NCBI GenBank assembly: GCA_041687695.1
Contig: JAWLBL010000015.1
Coordinates: 131,627 to 195,626, forward strand
Origin: Myxococcota bacterium
GTDB taxonomy: Bacteria > Myxococcota_A > UBA9042 > PHBI01 > JAWLBL01
DNA length: 64,000 nucleotides
Direction: 5' to 3'
Under the pieces are notes generated by a model, which was given only the letters and a program-made list of their open reading frames with translations, was not told the origin of the DNA and searched no databases. Numbering within the stretch: position 1 is the first letter of the stretch; each line of letters starts with the position of its first letter. The translations under genes were made by a program, and so were the position numbers. Positions 57,405 to 64,000 of the stretch are shown here, in pieces.

Positions 57405-57913
57405 ACCTCGGCCTCCTCGCGGGCCACGGCCTCCGGCGCCGCGGCCAGCTCGGCCGCCGCCTCCCGCACCGCCTGCACGATGCGCACGTAGCCCGTGCAC
57501 CGGCACAGGTTGCCGCCCAGCGCCTCGCGGATGCGGGCGTCGCTCGGCCGCGCCTCCTCGCGCAGCAGCGCCACCGTGGCCATCAGCATCCCCGGCGTGC
57601 AGATGCCGCACTGCGCCCCGTTGGCCCGCACGAACGCCTGCCGCAGCGGCTCGACCGCCGCGTCCTCGGCCAGCCCCTCGACCGTCTGCACCGAGCAGCC
57701 CGCGACCTGCACCACCGGCACCAGGCACGCGTTGACCAGCACGCCGTCGACCAGCACCGAGCACGCGCCGCACTCGCCCTCGCCGCAGCCCTCCTTGGTC
57801 CCGGTCAGCCCGACCTCGGTCCGCAGCACGTCCAGCAGCCGCCCCATCGGCCACGTCTTGACGGCCACCTCGCGGCCGTTCACCTCGAATCGCACCTCGG
57901 TCCGCTCACCCAC
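57401..57913 (-). CDS. Xanthine-dehydrogenase-family [2Fe-2S] subunit
   Basis: GTKEGCGEGECGAC, NACL, QCGICTPG and NLCRCTGY. Confidence 0.93.
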   Translation of the reverse strand: MGERTEVRFEVNGREVAVKTWPMGRLLDVLRTEVGLTGTKEGCGEGECGACSVLVDGVLVNACLVPVVQVAGCSVQTVEGLAEDAAVEPLRQAFVRANGAQCGICTPGMLMATVALLREEARPSDARIREALGGNLCRCTGYVRIVQAVREAAAELAAAPEAVAREEAEV

Positions 57914-60248
57914 GCGCCGCCTCCGCCTGCTTGACCGCCCGCATCAACCGCTCGGGCGTCACCGGGATGGCGTCCACCGCCACCCCCAGCGCGTCCTCGA
58001 TGGCGTTCACGATGGCCGGCGCCGGGCCGTCCATCGGCAGCTCCCCCACGCCCTTGGCCCCCGCTGGCCCGTGCTCGTACGGCACCGGCTGAAAGAACAC
58101 CCGCAGGTCGGGCAGATCCATCGCCGTCGGCATGATGTAGTTGGTCATGCGCCCGTTCGCCATCCGGCCGTCCTTCCAGACGACCTCCTCGCTCAGCGCC
58201 CACCCGATGCCCTGCGCCACGCCGCCCTCGACCTGCCCGGCCGCCAGCACCGGGTGGATGACCGTCCCGATGTCCTGCACGGCGACGAAGTCCTCGACCC
58301 GCGTCTCCCAGGTCACCGTGTCCACCGCGACCGCCGCCACGTAGCACGCCCACCCGTACGATCCATAGGCCGACCCGCGATAGGTCGCGTCGTCCCACAC
58401 CACCCCCGGCGGCGCCTTGTACTCGCTGGCCGCCAGCAGCCGCCCGCGGCTCGCGTGCCACGCCGCGCACGCCTCGGCGAACTGCTCGGGCGTGTACTCG
58501 CGGCCCAGCAGCCCCTCGGCCTGCAGCTTGTCGCGCAGCCCCAGCGCCGCCCGCTCGACCAGCTTGCCCACCACCATCGTCGTCCGCGACGCCACCGTCG
58601 GCCCGCTGTCGGGCACCGCCGCCGTGTCCGGCTGCGCCACGTCGACCCACTCGTACGGCAGCCCCAGCGCGTCCGACGCCACCTGCGAGAAGATGGTGTT
58701 GGTCCCCTGGCCGATCTCGGTCGACGCGGCCAGCACCACCACCCGGCCCTCGGCCGTCGCCTCGGCGTGCACCACCGACGCCAGGTAGCTCTCGCCCGAC
58801 CCGGTGAAGCCCGACCCGTGGAAGAAGGTCGCCAGCCCCAGCCCCTTCAAGACCGTCTGCCCCGGCACGGCGTTGTGCTCGGCGTACGCGCGCTTGCGCT
58901 CGTCCCAGCGCGCCTCGTCCATCGCCATCCGCATCATGCGCGGCAGGTCGATGCGCTCGGTCACCGTCTGCCCGGTCGCCGTCGTGTCGCCCTCGTTCAG
59001 CAGGTTCCGCCGCCGCAGCGCCTCGGGCGTCATCCCCAGCGCCTTGGCCACCTTGTCCAGGTGCCGCTCCACCGCGAAGATCGACTGCGGCGCCCCGAAC
59101 CCGCGGAACGCCCCGTGCGGCGGCAGGTTCGTCGCCACCGCCCGCGACGTCACCCGCACGTGCGGCACCCGGTACGGCCCCGCCGCGTGGATGGTCCCGC
59201 GCGACAGCACCACCGCCGACAGCGTCGCGTAGGCCCCGCCGTCCAGCACGAAGTCGATGTCCATCGCCAGCAGCTCGCCGTCCCGCGTCACCAGCGTCCG
59301 GTGCCGCGTCCGCGAGGGGTGCCGCTTGGTCGTCGCGACCATGTCCTCGGCCCGGTCGTAGATGAGCTTGACCGGCCGCCCGCCCGCCTTCCACGACAGC
59401 AGCGCCGCGTGCCCGGCGATCATCGACGGGTACTCCTCCTTGCCGCCGAACCCGCCGCCGGTCGTCATCTGCACGACCCGCACCTGCTCCTCGGGCAGGC
59501 CGAACATCGGCACCAGCGCCTTGTGCACGTAGTACGGGCACTGCAGCGAGCCCCACACCGTCACGCCCTGCCCGGGCGCCGCCACCGCGATCATCCCCTG
59601 CGGCTCGATGTACAGCTGCTCCTGCGCCCCCGTCTCGTAGACGCCCTCGACCACCACCACGTCGTCGCGCCCGGCCGCCGCCGCAAAGGCCGCGTCCACG
59701 TCGCCCTTGGCCAGGTCGATGCGCTTGAGGACGTTGTCGTCGCCCCAGATCACCGTCTCGGCCGCCAGCGCCGCGTCGATGTCCAGCACCGCCGGCAGCG
59801 GCTCGATCTCCAGCCGCACGTGCCGCCGCGCCTCCTCGACGTACCAGCGGTCCGGGTGCGCCAGCAGGACCACCGCCTCCTCGGGGTGGTTGACCACGCC
59901 GTCGGCCAGCACCGGCTGGTCCTCGAGGATGAGCGTCACCAGGTTGCGCGCCGGCACGTCCGCGGCCGTGACCACGACCACCTCGGACCAGTCGAAGGCC
60001 GGGTCGTAGTGCACGCCCACGATCCGCCCGCGCGCCACCGGCGAGCGCACCGTCGCGCCGTACAGCATCCCGTCCATCACCACGTCGTCGACGTAGCGCG
60101 CCGCGCCCGTGACCTTCCCGCGGCCCTCCTTGCGCGGGACGTTGGCCCCGATGCTCGGGCCGCCCACCGGCGGCCGCTCCGCGCGCCCGACCGGCGCCTC
60201 CTCCAACCCTGCCGCCACCTGGACCCCCTCGCTCGTCGGTTCGTCCAC
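57906..60248 (-). CDS. Xanthine-dehydrogenase-family molybdopterin-binding subunit
   Basis: KVTGAARY, GGGFGGK, AFRGFG, EIGQG, TVASR, GQVEGG and KGVGE. Confidence 0.92.
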   Translation of the reverse strand: MDEPTSEGVQVAAGLEEAPVGRAERPPVGGPSIGANVPRKEGRGKVTGAARYVDDVVMDGMLYGATVRSPVARGRIVGVHYDPAFDWSEVVVVTAADVPARNLVTLILEDQPVLADGVVNHPEEAVVLLAHPDRWYVEEARRHVRLEIEPLPAVLDIDAALAAETVIWGDDNVLKRIDLAKGDVDAAFAAAAGRDDVVVVEGVYETGAQEQLYIEPQGMIAVAAPGQGVTVWGSLQCPYYVHKALVPMFGLPEEQVRVVQMTTGGGFGGKEEYPSMIAGHAALLSWKAGGRPVKLIYDRAEDMVATTKRHPSRTRHRTLVTRDGELLAMDIDFVLDGGAYATLSAVVLSRGTIHAAGPYRVPHVRVTSRAVATNLPPHGAFRGFGAPQSIFAVERHLDKVAKALGMTPEALRRRNLLNEGDTTATGQTVTERIDLPRMMRMAMDEARWDERKRAYAEHNAVPGQTVLKGLGLATFFHGSGFTGSGESYLASVVHAEATAEGRVVVLAASTEIGQGTNTIFSQVASDALGLPYEWVDVAQPDTAAVPDSGPTVASRTTMVVGKLVERAALGLRDKLQAEGLLGREYTPEQFAEACAAWHASRGRLLAASEYKAPPGVVWDDATYRGSAYGSYGWACYVAAVAVDTVTWETRVEDFVAVQDIGTVIHPVLAAGQVEGGVAQGIGWALSEEVVWKDGRMANGRMTNYIMPTAMDLPDLRVFFQPVPYEHGPAGAKGVGELPMDGPAPAIVNAIEDALGVAVDAIPVTPERLMRAVKQAEAARG

Positions 60249-60408
60249 CTCCGGCCTAACCCGGCGCCCGCGCGGGTGTCAATCGGCCCGCCGCCGATCC
60301 TCCGCCGCCGCACCGCCCCGCCCTCAAGCGGGTCGCGGACTTGTGCCCCCGCCCCGACCTGCTACATTCCCCCGCCGCGCGCCGACGGGCGCCCCCAGGA
60401 GCCTCGCC

Positions 60409-60927
60409 ATGACCTCGTCCAAGCCCGCCCCGCCGACCGACGCCGCCCACGACGTCGCCAGCGACCTACGCCACCTCGACCGCGCGGTCGCCCTCAGCCG
60501 CCAGCACATGGAGCGCGGCGCCGGCGGCCCCTTCGGCGCCGTCGTGGTCCTCGACGGCCGCGTGGTGGGCGAGGGCTGGAACCAGGTCACCTCGACCTGC
60601 GACCCCACCGCCCACGCCGAGGTGGTCGCCATCCGCGACGCCTGCCGCAACCTGAACACCCACAGCCTCGCCGGCGCCGTCATCTACTCCAGCTGCGAGC
60701 CCTGCCCCATGTGCCTCGCGGCCATCCTGTGGGCCCGCTGCGACCGCCTGGTCTACGCCAACACCCGCCAGGACGCCGCCGCCATCGGCTTCGACGACGA
60801 GGCCTTCTACCGCGAGGTCGCCCTGCCGCCCGAGGCGCGCCAGCTGGCCTGCCACCGCCTCGAGAGCCCCGCCGCCCTGGCCGTCTTCCAGGACTGGACC
60901 CGCAAGGCCGACAAGGTCGCCTACTGA
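60409..60927 (+). CDS. guaD: Guanine/nucleoside deaminase (cytidine-deaminase fold)
   Basis: GGPFGAV, DPTAHAEV, SCEPCPMC and GFDD..Y; divergent from the XDH genes. Confidence 0.85.
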   Translation: MTSSKPAPPTDAAHDVASDLRHLDRAVALSRQHMERGAGGPFGAVVVLDGRVVGEGWNQVTSTCDPTAHAEVVAIRDACRNLNTHSLAGAVIYSSCEPCPMCLAAILWARCDRLVYANTRQDAAAIGFDDEAFYREVALPPEARQLACHRLESPAALAVFQDWTRKADKVAY

Positions 60928-60949
60928 GCCCGGCCCGGACGGGCCACGC

Positions 60950-62389
60950 TCACGGCTTGCTCAGCGTCACCTCGTCGAGCACCTCGGCCCCCTCGCCGTC
61001 CCACGCGGTCAGGGTCACCGTCTTGCCGTCGACCTTCATCCGCACGTAGTTGCGCTTGTCGCCGTGGTGGCTCACCGCCGTCCACCACTCCTGCCCGTTC
61101 TTGTAGGGCGGCGCGAAGAACGACCCGGCGACCACGTAGGTCACGCCCTCGCCGGCGCCGACCACCTCGCCGCCCCTCACCGGGTGCGAGCGCTCGTAGT
61201 TGTGGTCGTGCCCCGAGAAGACCAGATCCACGCCGTGCTGCTCGAACAGCGGCACCCAGTGCGCCTGCAGCCGCTCGGTCGACCCGTGCTTGCTGGCCGA
61301 GTAGGGCGCGTGGTGCATCGTCGCCACGATCCAGTCGATGTCCGGGTCCGCCTTGGCCGCCGCCAGGTCCGCCTCGAGCCAGGCCACCTGGTCCTCGACC
61401 AGCTCGGTCGAGTTCGAGTTCAGCCCGATGAAGTGGACGTTGCCGTAGTCGAGGGACCACGCGTTCTCTTGCAGCTCCTCGGGCAGGTCGACCTCGCGCG
61501 GCAGCGCGAACTGCGCGTAGTACACGTTCGCGAAGACCTCGTGGTTGCCCTGCACCGGCATCAGGACGCGCTCCGAGACCAGCGGCTCCATCGCGTCCAT
61601 CCAAGGGTCCCACTCCTCCTGCAGGCCCGACTGGGTCATGTCGCCGTTGAAGATCCAGAAGTCCGCCGGGATCGCCGCGAAGCGGTCGATGCGCTGCGCG
61701 ATCTCGTCGTGGCCGCCCCGGCTGTCGCCCGCCAGCACCACCTCGAACGGCTCGCGCTGCCCCTTGAGCCGCCCCGTCCGGAACGTCCGCGGCTCGCTCA
61801 GCGTCGCGTTGGTCAGCGCGCCGGTCGCCGGGTCGTACGCGTCCCAGGTCCCCACCCGGTAGGTGTACGACGTCTCGGGCTCGAGCCCGGTCGCCTCGAC
61901 CGTCCACACCACGTAGGTCGTCTCGCCCACCTCGATGCCCAGCAGGCTCTCGCGATACGTCTCGCCCGTGCCCTCGAGCACCAGCCCGTCCGCGTACGGC
62001 AGCTGCCCGCCGTTGGCCTCGACCGCCGCCGTCGGCGCCAGCCACAGCTTCGGCCGGTAGGCGCCCAGGTCCGTGTCCGCGGTCGACCAGGCCACAGTCA
62101 TCGTGGTCGCCGGGTCGTTCTGCCAGGTCAGGTGCACGGCCCGCGGCGCCCGCAGCTCGTCGGCCAGCCACCCACCCACCGGCGCCGAGGGCTCCTTGCC
62201 CGGAGCGCCCGCGACGTCCTCGCCGTTGGCGTCCGGCGCCACCAGCAGCGGCGCGTCGCCCAGCGTCGCCGCGTCCTCTACCGCCGCAGCGTCCTCCGCC
62301 GCCGGCTTCGCCGCCTCCTCGCCGCAGCCCGCCGCCGCGAACAGCGCCACCCCGAACCCAAGCCCACGCACCCAGCCTCTCGACGCCAC
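60950..62389 (-). CDS. Purple acid phosphatase / metallophosphoesterase lipoprotein with FN3-like domain
   Basis: GTG after AGGAGG, lipobox AAG-C, GDS, NGDM, GNHE, HH and GHDHNYER. Confidence 0.85.
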   Translation of the reverse strand: MASRGWVRGLGFGVALFAAAGCGEEAAKPAAEDAAAVEDAATLGDAPLLVAPDANGEDVAGAPGKEPSAPVGGWLADELRAPRAVHLTWQNDPATTMTVAWSTADTDLGAYRPKLWLAPTAAVEANGGQLPYADGLVLEGTGETYRESLLGIEVGETTYVVWTVEATGLEPETSYTYRVGTWDAYDPATGALTNATLSEPRTFRTGRLKGQREPFEVVLAGDSRGGHDEIAQRIDRFAAIPADFWIFNGDMTQSGLQEEWDPWMDAMEPLVSERVLMPVQGNHEVFANVYYAQFALPREVDLPEELQENAWSLDYGNVHFIGLNSNSTELVEDQVAWLEADLAAAKADPDIDWIVATMHHAPYSASKHGSTERLQAHWVPLFEQHGVDLVFSGHDHNYERSHPVRGGEVVGAGEGVTYVVAGSFFAPPYKNGQEWWTAVSHHGDKRNYVRMKVDGKTVTLTAWDGEGAEVLDEVTLSKP

Positions 62390-62528
62390 GCGACCTCCTG
62401 CGGCCCCCTTCGGGCCTTCCCGCGCGCCATCATCGGCCCCCCGCGCCTCCGCCGCAAGCTGCGGCTTCACGCTCCCGTCACTCGCGCCCCCCCTCCCTCG
62501 ACGCGCCGGCTGTGCTAACCTGCTCCCC

Positions 62529-63509
62529 ATGCCGACCGACACCCTCGCCCCGCGCCCCTCGCGCCGCCTCGGCCTCGCCGAGATGTTCGGCCTCACCCCG
62601 CTGTCCGAGCGCCTGCCGCAGCTGGCCATGGTCTTCCGCGGCGACCCCTACACGCCGCCCTCGCGCTTCGACCGCACCAGCCTGCGCGCGCTGATGCCCG
62701 GCCTCAGCCTGCGCACCTGGGCCGGCCAGCGCCGCCCCGACCGCCTCATCCCGCTGTACAACCTGTTCAACCACACCCCGACCCCGGTCGAGGACGGCTG
62801 GTCGGTGCGCGTCACCCAGGTCCGCGACTTCCGCGGCGGCACCCAGACCTACGACAGCCACAACGGCACCGACTTCGCCATCCCGGTCGGCACCGTCGTC
62901 ACCGCCGCCGCCCCCGGCGTCGTCCTGCGCGTGTCCAACGAGTTCCACCGCGGCGGCCTGAAGGTCCTCATCGACCACGGCCACGGCGTCGTGACGACCA
63001 GCAACCACCTGGGGCGCGCCCTGGTCCGGCCCGGCGATCGCGTCGCGCGCGGCCAACCCGTCGCCCTATCGGGCGCCTCGGGGGTGGACATGGTCGCCGC
63101 CTTCCCGTGGAACACGCCGCACGTCCACTACAACACCTGGCTGAACGGCGAGCCGGTCGACCCGTTCGCCGTGGTCGGCGCGACCCCAGCCGAGGCGGCC
63201 CTGTGGCGCGACGGCAACGCCCCGCGCACCTGGACCGGCCCCCCCGACGCCGACTTCCCCGACAGCGACTGGGACCCCGACGGGGTCGACGCCGCCATCG
63301 CCGCCTGCCGCGACCCGGCCCTGCGGGCCACGCTCTCGGCCCACCCCGAGCTGGCCGTCCGCGCCACCGCCGTCATGTTCCACCGCAACTACTTCCCGAC
63401 GCGCTTCACGGCGCGCCCGCCGCTGTACCGCTCGGTCCACCCGCGCGCGCCGCTGCTGACCCTGCCCTTCAGCGCCGCCGACTTCGACGGCGTCGCCCCC
63501 CTGACCTGA
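62529..63509 (+). CDS. M23 family metallopeptidase
   Basis: HNGTD (HxxxD), GT.VTAAAPG, IDHG and PHVH. Confidence 0.85.
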   Translation: MPTDTLAPRPSRRLGLAEMFGLTPLSERLPQLAMVFRGDPYTPPSRFDRTSLRALMPGLSLRTWAGQRRPDRLIPLYNLFNHTPTPVEDGWSVRVTQVRDFRGGTQTYDSHNGTDFAIPVGTVVTAAAPGVVLRVSNEFHRGGLKVLIDHGHGVVTTSNHLGRALVRPGDRVARGQPVALSGASGVDMVAAFPWNTPHVHYNTWLNGEPVDPFAVVGATPAEAALWRDGNAPRTWTGPPDADFPDSDWDPDGVDAAIAACRDPALRATLSAHPELAVRATAVMFHRNYFPTRFTARPPLYRSVHPRAPLLTLPFSAADFDGVAPLT

Positions 63510-63535
63510 CCCGAGCCCCGCGCCCCGAGTCCGCC

Positions 63536-64000
63536 ATGACCGACCTCGTCGTCTCGCCCGAAGGCCTCGTCCGCTGCCCCGACTGCGGCCGCCACGTCAT
63601 CGCCGCCGCCGACCCGGCCCAGACCCGCTGTCCGTTCTGCGCCCGCGCCCCCGGCCGCTCCCCCGATCGCTCTGGGACCCTGACCCGCCTGGCCCGCGGC
63701 GGCGTCCTGGCGGCCGCGATGCTCGGCGTGTCCTCACCCGTCGTCGCCTGCTACGGCGGGCCGGGCATGGACTTCGACCCCGACGCGCTGGCCGACGCCG
63801 CTCCGTCCGCCCCGCTCAGCCAGGACCCCGCCGAGGTGGCCGACACGGCCGTGGCCCTGTCGGGCGTGGTGGTCGACGCCGTCAGCGGCGAGCCCGTCGC
63901 CGGCGCCTTCATCACCGTCGACGGCGAGCTGGCCGTGCGCACCCGCGACGACGGCGCCTGGGTGGTCACCCGGGCCCAGCACTTCCCCATGCAGGCCCCG
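63536..64000 (+). CDS. Hypothetical protein, 3'-truncated: N-terminal Zn-ribbon, hydrophobic segment, CYGGP motif and carboxypeptidase-regulatory-like domain
   Basis: MTDLVVSPEGLVRCPDCGRHV..CPFC..VLAAAMLGV..ACYGGP..LSGVVVDAVSGEPVAGAFITV; open to the window end. Confidence 0.65.
   Translation, partial: MTDLVVSPEGLVRCPDCGRHVIAAADPAQTRCPFCARAPGRSPDRSGTLTRLARGGVLAAAMLGVSSPVVACYGGPGMDFDPDALADAAPSAPLSQDPAEVADTAVALSGVVVDAVSGEPVAGAFITVDGELAVRTRDDGAWVVTRAQHFPMQAP

Overview
A very GC-rich, gene-dense bacterial window. The giant Cys-rich lipoproteins, Uma2 and extended Y1 transposase remnant suggest a Myxococcota-like organism (inference). From left to right: (1) the end of a DUF58-SpoIIM-RDD operon, a membrane protein, a PAS hybrid kinase and an HSL-type hydrolase; (2) an acsA / fused pdhAB / E2 / ACP / ppsA operon with no E3; (3) a glutaredoxin-DsbD-like gene and nnrS; (4) a rearranged segment bounded by a 340-bp direct repeat of the nnrS 5' end and promoter, followed by an intact RAYT (HUH Y1) gene and a composite REP array; (5) leuACDB preceded by an uncalled Leu-rich leader peptide and attenuator hairpin; (6) two very large Cys-rich repeat lipoproteins; (7) a sigma54-type promoter ahead of persulfide dioxygenase and a group 3b [NiFe]-hydrogenase operon with a CxxC-less HypA and no HypB; (8) hsp20, ahpD and a triple REPIN-like element; (9) a xanthine-dehydrogenase-family / guanine deaminase cluster, a purple acid phosphatase, an M23 peptidase and a truncated Zn-ribbon/CYGxP protein. 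No rRNA, tRNA or CRISPR array was seen. All calls were made by eye from motifs, without database searches, so start codons are best estimates.
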